Source: a virus (lineage: Duplodnaviria > Caudoviricetes). From it: DNA of 42,049 bases. The DNA is taken from IMG/VR virus record IMGVR_UViG_3300024331_000004, positions 1-42,049 of that record; one strand, written 5' to 3'. A program made the translations under genes and the position numbers. The notes beneath the pieces were generated by a model that had not been told where the DNA came from, did not search any database, and saw only the letters and a program-made list of their open reading frames with translations. Position 1 is the first letter of the stretch; each line of letters opens with the position of its first letter. Shown here one piece after another: positions 18,129-24,931 of the stretch.

Positions 18129-18322
18129 CGACGCAGAGCGGCTCTATAGGGATTACCATCCTCGGGCCACCATACCGCGTCACACCGGCCCGTCAGCACC
18201 CACCATGCATGCTTCCAACGGTCCATGCCGGTCCATGCGGGACGCGCTGGGACATATCCATAGGGTAGCTTCACCTGAGTATTGGCCGCCTGCGAAATCA
18301 GTTCCTGAACGCTAAAGAGCAT
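18125..18322 (-). CDS. hypothetical protein (65 aa)
   Basis: GAGGA RBS; YVPARP...RWKHAW.VLTGR.DAV.W motif; ATGA coupling. Confidence 0.6.
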   Translation of the reverse strand: MLFSVQELISQAANTQVKLPYGYVPARPAWTGMDRWKHAWWVLTGRCDAVWWPEDGNPYRAALRR

Positions 18323-18331
18323 TGTTGGTCC

Positions 18332-18763
18332 TCAACAACTCGGCTCACTTATCACGGCTCCACATCGCGCACACCACTCCCAGCCGCCTTTGCGTCTATC
18401 TTCGGCAGGATGCGAGCATGCTCCGGAAACATCCTTAGCAGGAAGAGACTGCGCGAAATTGTGCGGGCCAGCGATCCCATGATCCACGTTCATCTTTACA
18501 TTTTCGACAGCACGCAAGGGATTTAGAGGAACCCCAACGGTACATACCGCGCGCCATTCGACGCTTTCGAAGTCGTCGATCACATTCTGCTCGGGCAAAA
18601 ACTGGATATTCCCATTACACAAGCTGTGCGCGCCCAGGAAGGTGCCCAATGCCTTCATGCAGGCAGGCTCACCAGAGTAGAACGTAAAGCCGCCACCCCC
18701 GTCTTGCGCCACATGAACAGCCTTGCGGCAGGTAGTGCAGGCCATGTACCAATCGCAACTCAC
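18332..18763 (-). CDS. hypothetical Cys-rich (zinc-binding) protein
   Basis: GGAGGT RBS; CxxC motifs near both ends. Confidence 0.55.
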   Translation of the reverse strand: MSCDWYMACTTCRKAVHVAQDGGGGFTFYSGEPACMKALGTFLGAHSLCNGNIQFLPEQNVIDDFESVEWRAVCTVGVPLNPLRAVENVKMNVDHGIAGPHNFAQSLPAKDVSGACSHPAEDRRKGGWEWCARCGAVISEPSC

Positions 18764-18787
18764 TGACCACCTCCGGTTCTCAGAGCA

Positions 18788-19312
18788 TCACCCTACCGGG
18801 TAATCCTCACTGTGTATGGGACAATCCCCGAAGCCTACGAAATCGCCGTTCGGCTTGTAGAGGCATTTGCATAATGGCGTCAGCCGGTATAGTTGTTCAG
18901 GCGATTTCAGAGCAGCCCGCTGCTCAACCCAGTATCCGGTGCGTGTCCACAGCTCTTGCGTGACATCGTTCGGATCACGCGCGGTGAACGTACCATAGAC
19001 AGGTGGCAACGGCGGTAACGCTCCCGGTTCGGACGCTGGTCCATAGTGCAGGGCAGCCAGTGCCTCACATCGCCCGCGGTACAAATCTCGCTCGTGGGTC
19101 AGCCGCTCGTTCTCCCGCACTGCCTGCCCGTTGGCCTGGTCCAGCGCGCGGATCTCGGCCTGCAGCCGCTCGATTTCTGCGCCCTGCCTGTGGAGCGCCA
19201 AGGCTGTCTCTTGCGCGTACGCCTTCAGCCGCTCGATCTCGCCTTGCAGCGCCTCGACGTTGTTCAATTCGCACTCCGCAATGGAAGTGCGAACCGAATA
19301 CTCTTTTGTCAT
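18788..19312 (-). CDS. hypothetical coiled-coil protein
   Basis: Repeated EIERL heptads; ATGA coupling at 19312; C-terminal CxC...CPIH. Confidence 0.55.
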   Translation of the reverse strand: MTKEYSVRTSIAECELNNVEALQGEIERLKAYAQETALALHRQGAEIERLQAEIRALDQANGQAVRENERLTHERDLYRGRCEALAALHYGPASEPGALPPLPPVYGTFTARDPNDVTQELWTRTGYWVEQRAALKSPEQLYRLTPLCKCLYKPNGDFVGFGDCPIHSEDYPVG

Positions 19313-19509
19313 GAGAGCACCCATACGTTTTGCTCCGGCTCAGGCCCTGAGGACATCCATGCGACTACTCCGGGAGGCAGAAGATGCGGATTCGATACCA
19401 TCACCAATTTCACTCCGCAAAACTGCACGGTACGAGGTTCCATAAGCTTCCTGACTGTCTCGGAAACCTCGTAGGGGTCTTTCATCAAAAAAGGGTCAAC
19501 GATGTTCAT
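19309..19509 (-). CDS. hypothetical protein
   Basis: Member of the coupled leftward gene series. Confidence 0.45.
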   Translation of the reverse strand: MNIVDPFLMKDPYEVSETVRKLMEPRTVQFCGVKLVMVSNPHLLPPGVVAWMSSGPEPEQNVWVLS

Positions 19510-19536
19510 GCTTGCTCGCTTGAGTTATCCGAAGCT

Positions 19537-19821
19537 CTACGGTTGCATCGTTGGCGGATTGATATCGAGCATCGCGAGCTTCACTCGATCGCGCCAGAAG
19601 TCTTCGAGTTGGAGCAGAGCATTATAGGCGAGCAGTACATAGGTCTCCTCGCCGCTCAGTCCATTCATTTCGGCTACTTGCAAGCAGCGATTGATTAGAC
19701 CGCTATCGCGCCGACCGAACGTGATTGCCTTTCGCATGGCGGAGACGTCCGCCTGAATCTTCAACTGTTCGTTAAGCGTCTCAGGCCGTTTCAGGCCCAT
19801 CTTCATTTCAGGGAAGTCCAT
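19537..19821 (-). CDS. hypothetical protein
   Basis: AAGGAG RBS upstream; ORF fits the gene series. Confidence 0.55.
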   Translation of the reverse strand: MDFPEMKMGLKRPETLNEQLKIQADVSAMRKAITFGRRDSGLINRCLQVAEMNGLSGEETYVLLAYNALLQLEDFWRDRVKLAMLDINPPTMQP

Positions 19822-19843
19822 GCCTCGCTCCTTTGGTTGTCCG

Positions 19844-20038
19844 CTATTCGAACCACTCGGCAGGCTTGATTCCCAGCGCCCGCGTAAGCGCCTGCATCGT
19901 CGCCAGAGTGGGGTTCAAAGCCCCAGCTTCCAGCTTCGAGAGCGTTGCCGGCGACACCTTGGATAGCCTGGCAGCCTCCCTAAGACTTAGTTTGCGCTTT
20001 TCGCGAGCGAACCGGATCACATCACCGACCTTCTTCAT
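19844..20038 (-). CDS. XRE-family helix-turn-helix regulator (64 aa)
   Basis: IRFAREKRKLSLREAARLSKVSPATLSKLEAG..NPTLATM..L..ALG is a canonical HTH_3 pattern. Confidence 0.9.
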   Translation of the reverse strand: MKKVGDVIRFAREKRKLSLREAARLSKVSPATLSKLEAGALNPTLATMQALTRALGIKPAEWFE

Positions 20039-20045
20039 GTTTCGT

Positions 20046-20074
20046 ACAGTAAACGTTTCCCAAAGTGAACGCAA
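20046..20074 (-). promoter_or_regulatory. sigma70-like promoter for the XRE gene, probably leaderless
   Basis: TTGCGT-N17-TACTGT on the - strand, 7 nt before ATG 20038; no SD sequence. Confidence 0.55.
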
Positions 20075-20095
20075 ACTATTGACCCTCGGACACGG

Positions 20096-20437
20096 TTAGA
20101 GCGCCTCAAGCCGCTCAACAGTCCGCTCGGCGCGCCGCAGTATCGTCTCGAAGTCCTCTAGCGAGGTCTCGATCTGGGAGGCGATGTTGCCGCCGTTCCC
20201 CCGGATCTTATTGGTTGTACCAGCCTCCTCGGGTACCGATCCGTTCAGCCTGTCAGCCACCCGCGAAAGCCGCTCGAAGAGGAGCGCAGTTTGCCCTACG
20301 CGGGCCTCCAACTGGCCGGCGAAGCTGGAGAAGCGGGTAGGGGCTGGCGGGGATGCCGTCTGAGCGCTGCCGGCCATCCCAGCTTGTGCGATCTGTTGAT
20401 AGGCAACGCCGGTTGTCGATATTTGACCATAGGCCAT
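20096..20437 (-). CDS. hypothetical protein
   Basis: GGAG RBS; helical two-segment protein (RVADRL.GS.PE). Confidence 0.6.
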   Translation of the reverse strand: MAYGQISTTGVAYQQIAQAGMAGSAQTASPPAPTRFSSFAGQLEARVGQTALLFERLSRVADRLNGSVPEEAGTTNKIRGNGGNIASQIETSLEDFETILRRAERTVERLEAL

Positions 20438-20440
20438 GTT

Positions 20441-20668
20441 TCATTCTCCAGTTGATGATTGTGGGTTTGCGCTGAGAGCGCGCCTAGCGGCTTCGTAGGC
20501 TGCTTCGCAATAGATCAGGAAACTCTGCTTATCGAATTTGTAATCCCTGACCGCGTACAATCCGACGATTGCCATGAACTCGTGAAACGGCATTTCCTCA
20601 CTGAGAGGGCGCGGCTCTGGTACTTTCGGGCTTATCCGCGCGCCCCGACGAAAGAGCCGCTTATCCAT
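20441..20668 (-). CDS. hypothetical protein
   Basis: Overlapping member of the leftward series. Confidence 0.5.
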   Translation of the reverse strand: MDKRLFRRGARISPKVPEPRPLSEEMPFHEFMAIVGLYAVRDYKFDKQSFLIYCEAAYEAARRALSANPQSSTGE

Positions 20669-20912
20669 TGTCAGTTGACCTGTTTAGCACGGCGTCCATA
20701 TCGCTCAGAGCCTTCGCGTACTTATCGCGAATCTCCCAGAGCCGCCGCCCGAGCTCTTCCACATCGACCGGCCGCACGTAGATTCTGATCCGATGCGAGA
20801 CCTCGCCATCGCTGTACGCCTCGAACACAAGGCACGGCGGCTCGCTCCCCCACGCATTCCCCTGGGCGCTGATGGCATCGACCTGGTGGAGGTTCATTGT
20901 TCGGATTGTCAT
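20661..20912 (-). CDS. hypothetical protein
   Basis: AGGA RBS and ATGA coupling. Confidence 0.55.
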   Translation of the reverse strand: MTIRTMNLHQVDAISAQGNAWGSEPPCLVFEAYSDGEVSHRIRIYVRPVDVEELGRRLWEIRDKYAKALSDMDAVLNRSTDNG

Positions 20913-21139
20913 TTCTGTCCTTCGGAGGATGTAGGAGCGCGTCTGTAGGCGCCAGTCACATTGTTGAAGATCAGCACCTTGTCAGCCGCCAAGCGTTCAA
21001 TCATGCGGGCCGCGCGGTTGTAGCCAATCTGAAATTTACGCTGCAGCTTCGAGATCGACATCGACAGTTCCGACTTGGCGAACTCGACAGCCTGCGGATA
21101 CAGCGGCTCCAGTTCTTTTAGTTCGTCGTCTGTGGTCAT
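20909..21139 (-). CDS. stand-alone FtsK gamma (winged-helix) domain protein (start ATG 21139)
   Basis: EPLYPQAVEF....MSISKLQRKFQIGYNRAARMIERL is the FtsK-gamma signature (SxSxLQRxxxIGYNRAARxxE). Confidence 0.85.
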   Translation of the reverse strand: MTTDDELKELEPLYPQAVEFAKSELSMSISKLQRKFQIGYNRAARMIERLAADKVLIFNNVTGAYRRAPTSSEGQK

Positions 21140-21528
21140 TTCGGTAGACTCGGGTTGTGCTGTAGAGTTGGTCGCATACCCCGAATCACCTCGCGGCGGC
21201 GTTGATCGGTGCAGGAGAGGAGTTCTCGATAGGCCGCAACAATTGATGCCAGGTGCAGCTGATCGCCTCGCGTAAGCCTCTCGGGTGCATACCGAAGAGC
21301 CCACTCCAGCCCATCGCCGTCCGGCATATCGCCAGGCCGCGGCCAGACGGAGCCGTCTCCCAGCTGCTTCCAACGTGGTTCAGCGAGCATCGCTCGTCTC
21401 GGGAGCGAGTCGATAGATTTTCTGACACCCGCCACAGAAGTAACTCCCGTCCGGGCACAGTTCCAAGTAGCGGCAGACATGCTCTTTTGAGGTCGGCTGT
21501 CGATTTGTTCCCGATGGGATGTGGTCAC
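21136..21528 (-). CDS. hypothetical protein
   Basis: LEWALRYAP..LTRGDQL.LASIVAAYREL motif; coupled; start position uncertain. Confidence 0.55.
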   Translation of the reverse strand: MTTSHREQIDSRPQKSMSAATWNCARTGVTSVAGVRKSIDSLPRRAMLAEPRWKQLGDGSVWPRPGDMPDGDGLEWALRYAPERLTRGDQLHLASIVAAYRELLSCTDQRRREVIRGMRPTLQHNPSLPK

Positions 21529-21843
21529 TCATACGAGCTCCAGTTGGAGTGGTTGGCGGGTAGCCGGCTGCTCGGGGCTGATAGGCGCCGCGTGTTTCAA
21601 GTCGGCAAGGTCGATGAATTGGTCCGAGCTGCTCGAGAGGACTACTCCCTCGACTTCAAAAGGAATCGTTGGCCAATTCACTCGCGCTCGCATCCTTCCG
21701 GGGCTGGCCAGAATCAGATTGCGGATCACACCCACGGTGGCACCGCGACAGCGCACGTGATCGCCGACCTTGAAGCCCTCCGACTCGCGGATGGAATCCC
21801 AATCCAGGAAGCTCCGCTTTTCCGATGTCCGAGCAATTGTCAT
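21529..21843 (-). CDS. hypothetical protein with KOW/SH3-like FKVGDHVR motif
   Basis: ATGA coupling at 21843; FKVGDHVRC motif. Confidence 0.5.
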   Translation of the reverse strand: MTIARTSEKRSFLDWDSIRESEGFKVGDHVRCRGATVGVIRNLILASPGRMRARVNWPTIPFEVEGVVLSSSSDQFIDLADLKHAAPISPEQPATRQPLQLELV

Positions 21844-22091
21844 GGCTTCCTCGCTGGCGTCGCTTCGATCATCTTCAGCGCTTCCGAAGGAACACCAATC
21901 TCGCGCTCGACGATGCGCAACTCCTCGGTCGCCTTGGTGATGAATCGCTTGATCGCATTCCATTCGTCGAACTGGATGACTGTCCCACTGACGCCGGCGT
22001 GACCGCGATGCTGCTCGACACGCCAATCCATCATGGCGATAGCGTGACCAGCGCTCGGTCTTCGGAGGAGCGAGTCAGAATGGGATGTCAT
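21840..22091 (-). CDS. hypothetical protein
   Basis: GGGAG RBS before ATG 22091; coupled. Confidence 0.5.
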   Translation of the reverse strand: MTSHSDSLLRRPSAGHAIAMMDWRVEQHRGHAGVSGTVIQFDEWNAIKRFITKATEELRIVEREIGVPSEALKMIEATPARKP

Positions 22092-22359
22092 CGCAATCTC
22101 CCGTGTGGCCCTTCCCCAGGTTGCAATCAGCATCTTTCTCGCACCGCTCAAACACATACGGATGCGGTGGAGGCGGGGGTGGCGCAGCGTCATCAATCTT
22201 CTTCAGCATGGCCTGTTGATCGTCATAAGCGCCTTGGTGCGGCACCTCGGCGTGGAAGACGTACCAGCGAGCCTCGCGCAGCAGTTCCTGCAGGCTCTCG
22301 ATCGTGACCGGCTGGTCGCTCTCTTCTGCAGTCCGTGTTGCGTTCTCGGAGTTGGTCAT
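22075..22359 (-). CDS. small protein with poly-Pro linker, Cys/His cluster and C-terminal DDIPF
   Basis: GGGAG RBS and ATGA coupling at 22359; ends PPPPPPHPYVFERCEKDADCNLGKGHTGDCDDIPF. Confidence 0.6.
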   Translation of the reverse strand: MTNSENATRTAEESDQPVTIESLQELLREARWYVFHAEVPHQGAYDDQQAMLKKIDDAAPPPPPPHPYVFERCEKDADCNLGKGHTGDCDDIPF

Positions 22360-22601
22360 CGTAGCAGCTCCCGTTCGCGAGCCTTGTCCTTTGCAGTGCT
22401 GAGCGACCACGGCAGGAGCACGTAGCCGATACCGCTGGGATCGACATACATGCGCTTCTCCATGCGAGCCTCTGCGATCTGAAATTCAGTCAGATCCCCG
22501 GTGCATACGATGCGACCGTGCCCCAAGGCGACCATGGCTGCCAGTTCGTTGAGCGCGACGTAATGGTCAAAAGCGCGCTTGGCTATGGTCTTCGTTTCCA
22601 T
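22356..22601 (-). CDS. hypothetical protein
   Basis: GAGGTG RBS; coupled. Confidence 0.55.
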   Translation of the reverse strand: METKTIAKRAFDHYVALNELAAMVALGHGRIVCTGDLTEFQIAEARMEKRMYVDPSGIGYVLLPWSLSTAKDKARERELLR

Positions 22602-22770
22602 CCATCACCTCACTGTAGGAATCCCAGATATCGCGTTTCGAGTAGCCGTAGACTCGCCGCTGATCTACGAACTCGCGGAAATGGCCGCTGCTCTGGTAGA
22701 GCAGCTTATAAGTCAACTGCTCGGCCCGGCTTAACTGCTCTGTGGAAGAGATGGAGTCAGGCTGGCTCAT
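22567..22770 (-). CDS. hypothetical protein
   Basis: GAGG RBS; overlapping member of the series. Confidence 0.45.
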   Translation of the reverse strand: MSQPDSISSTEQLSRAEQLTYKLLYQSSGHFREFVDQRRVYGYSKRDIWDSYSEVMDGNEDHSQARF

Positions 22771-23092
22771 ACGTCGCCTCGAAGATGTCAGGCTTACAGG
22801 GATAGACTTCGCCCTTCACTCCTTTGATGATCCAGTCGCCTGGGTTCGCATACATGTTGCCTTCGAGCGTCGGAACCATCAAAAGCCAATCAGCGGTCAT
22901 GAAACCCAGTTCCGGTTTGATCCGATGCCGGATGCGCATGCTCCTATCAGAGTTCCAGATCTCTGCGCGGTACTTCTGTACCCAAGCAGGTGCGTGGTCC
23001 AAGTGACAGACCCCATTCCATTGCCATGCCTCCACCTCGACGGGCCTCTTGCGGAAACGCTTGCTCGGGTCAGTGGGGAGCGGGTCTACCAT
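22757..23092 (-). CDS. widespread conserved phage protein (PGDYG-like family)
   Basis: RFRKRPVEVEAWQW...TLEG.M.A.PGDWIIKGVKGEVYPCKPDIFEATYE motif; AAGGA RBS before ATG 23092. Confidence 0.8.
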   Translation of the reverse strand: MVDPLPTDPSKRFRKRPVEVEAWQWNGVCHLDHAPAWVQKYRAEIWNSDRSMRIRHRIKPELGFMTADWLLMVPTLEGNMYANPGDWIIKGVKGEVYPCKPDIFEATYEPA

Positions 23093-23748
23093 CGGTTTGG
23101 TCCTTTCATCGGGTCCATCATCATTGGCGACATTGCACGGCTGCCATATTCCCGCTGCCACCGTGAATAGATCTCGCGCGGGTCCATGATTCCCCTGTCA
23201 CGGCAGTAGCTGACGAAACTCGGATCGATGTCGCGCAACATCCGCTGTTCCTCGTACTGCGGCCGTTCATCTTGGCCGCGCTGAGCATCGGCGAAGATCT
23301 GTGCAACCTCGCGAGCCTCTTTCAGTCGCTCGTTCCGTTCCTTGGCCTTGCGCTGTTGCTCTGCCTCTTTGGCGCCCTGGCGCTCTGCGATCTCATCGCA
23401 GGTCAGAACTCGCGGCTTCGCCGGCATGGAGCGCTTACGTTCGCTCAGCCAGCCTTCAATCTGTCGCACGCTGTCCATGCCGATGTCAGCGGGCGGCGGC
23501 GGCAATTCGTCCGGAGGGCTGGCAAGCGCAGCGATTCCATCCTTGTGGATCTTTCGGCCAATACCTTCCAGGTCCCGACGCTCGTCTTTGCTCAGGTCGT
23601 CCCAACCCTTCTGGAGCAAGTCGAGCGCCATCTTGTGCAATCCATTGATCGGCGGCTGACCGCCCTCGTCAGTCCAGCGATAGCATAGGGGGCAGGGTGG
23701 TTGACCGCAGAAGTCGAGCCGCCGTGGTGCTGCTTCAATCCAACTCAT
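23086..23748 (-). CDS. hypothetical protein (220 aa)
   Basis: AGGTG RBS; Cys cluster at the N-terminus, charged helical middle. Confidence 0.6.
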   Translation of the reverse strand: MSWIEAAPRRLDFCGQPPCPLCYRWTDEGGQPPINGLHKMALDLLQKGWDDLSKDERRDLEGIGRKIHKDGIAALASPPDELPPPPADIGMDSVRQIEGWLSERKRSMPAKPRVLTCDEIAERQGAKEAEQQRKAKERNERLKEAREVAQIFADAQRGQDERPQYEEQRMLRDIDPSFVSYCRDRGIMDPREIYSRWQREYGSRAMSPMMMDPMKGPNRW

Positions 23749-23785
23749 TGTTTCACCTGTGCTAAGACCTGCTCATCGGCCATGA

Positions 23786-23935
23786 TCATCTCAAGCGCCT
23801 CGGTGTTGGCTTCGGCATCAGCCGCTTCAACTCGCGCGCCGCTTCCCGAAACAGGGGTCGGATGTCTGACAGACTTATGATCCCGTCGCCTGCCCATTGG
23901 AGGCGCAGCAGGAGGCTTCTACGTCGGGCTTTCAT
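23786..23935 (-). CDS. small basic hypothetical protein (49 aa; not in ORF track)
   Basis: MKARRRSLLLRLQWAGDG...; ATGA coupling to the upstream gene. Confidence 0.4.
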   Translation of the reverse strand: MKARRRSLLLRLQWAGDGIISLSDIRPLFREAARELKRLMPKPTPRRLR

Positions 23936-24198
23936 GGCTGTGACGCGCCTGGGGATGCTCTCGTGTTACGACGCCTGCTTGGGCGCAGGGTCATCCGCCG
24001 CTCGCCCAGCAGGTCAGCCAGATCCCGCAGCCCTACCGCAAAGGCGCGCAGCGACATGCCGGTGCCAATCTCACCGAGATCACCCTCGGCGCGTTCGGCG
24101 TATCGCTGGAGCCGACGAGCGGCGGATTCCATGCTGCGGATGAGCCGCGACCGGCTGGCTTTCGGCCTGCGCTTGAGGTGCTTGGACGCGCGGCTCAT
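23932..24198 (-). CDS. basic hypothetical protein
   Basis: First ORF left of the att region; coupled to the downstream ORF. Confidence 0.5.
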   Translation of the reverse strand: MSRASKHLKRRPKASRSRLIRSMESAARRLQRYAERAEGDLGEIGTGMSLRAFAVGLRDLADLLGERRMTLRPSRRRNTRASPGASQP

Positions 24199-24209
24199 CG
24201 CGCCACCCA

Positions 24210-24340
24210 ACCTTGTGTGCCGCGTGTGTGCTCCGGCACCCCCAATTTAGGCCCGGATTGATCCGATTCGGCGCTGCTAAGTGATTGATTTAGCTGTGAA
24301 CTTCCGCATGACGAACGCAGCGGAACCTGTTTGAAAAATG
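24210..24340. other. candidate attP region
   Basis: Non-coding gap downstream of int/HNH; tandem TGTGTGC repeats (24214-24220, 24225-24231); IHF consensus; imperfect inverted repeat TTCCGCATG-N7-CAGCGGAA at about 24302-24325. Confidence 0.6.
24278..24290 (-). promoter_or_regulatory. IHF binding site
   Basis: AATCAATCACTTA on the - strand matches WATCAANNNNTTR exactly. Confidence 0.7.
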
Positions 24341-24358
24341 GCGATGAAATGCCGTAAT

Positions 24359-24931
24359 TCATGGCGTTTCCTCGCTGGTTCCACGTGGAACCAGTGTTCT
24401 CCCAACGTACGCGTTCGAAATCAATTCCTGCCCGACAACCGCTCTTGCGATCTGTCGAAAAGACTCCTCACCCCAATGGGACATTCCGAGATTGATAGCC
24501 AGCAAGACGCACCGGACATTGCCGGGGCAGTAACCCTGCTTGCTATCGATTCGATCAATGCTCATCGTGAACGGCCCGCGTCCTTCAGCTGCGAACGGCA
24601 AGCCGGAAATCGCGCATTTGCCGTTGGACATCAGCACCAGATGCGCGAACTCTTCGAAGGTCATGCAGTTCAGCCGATTGCTGCGGCGGCTTCTCGTCTG
24701 CATCCCCGTATAAATGCGCCTCAGCCATGCATAGCTGCTTGCCGTTCCTTCGCGTACTCGCCGGCCCCACTCATCGTGCACCAGCCGAGTCCGATTGGAG
24801 GCGATGGCAGCCGCCCTCAGTGCGATCGCGTCCTCCATGTTAGTTGAGCGGCTACTGTGCCTGGACTTGCGACCGGTGGTGTACCACCAAATTTTTCCGC
24901 GTTTGAAAACGCCTGTGTTTTCGCGATTCAT
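24359..24931 (-). CDS. HNH-type endonuclease with N-terminal integrase-arm/AP2-like DNA-binding domain
   Basis: C-terminal KCAISGLPF...SIDRIDSKQGY.PGNVR.V...IN; N-terminal WW...GRK.R.S...TN..DA shared with the integrase; ATGA coupled to int. Confidence 0.75.
   Translation of the reverse strand: MNRENTGVFKRGKIWWYTTGRKSRHSSRSTNMEDAIALRAAAIASNRTRLVHDEWGRRVREGTASSYAWLRRIYTGMQTRSRRSNRLNCMTFEEFAHLVLMSNGKCAISGLPFAAEGRGPFTMSIDRIDSKQGYCPGNVRCVLLAINLGMSHWGEESFRQIARAVVGQELISNAYVGRTLVPRGTSEETP
24375..24394. promoter_or_regulatory. parS-like perfect palindrome
   Basis: CTGGTTCCACGTGGAACCAG; core GTTCCACGTGGAAC is the chromosomal parS core. Confidence 0.65.

Noticed and set aside
24302-24325. Possible tRNA anticodon-arm fragment as att core (GCTGCGTTCGTCATGCGG on the - strand)
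   Set aside because: Only a loose resemblance to tRNA-Ala/Thr anticodon arms; no T-arm (GTTCGA) or CCA end follows
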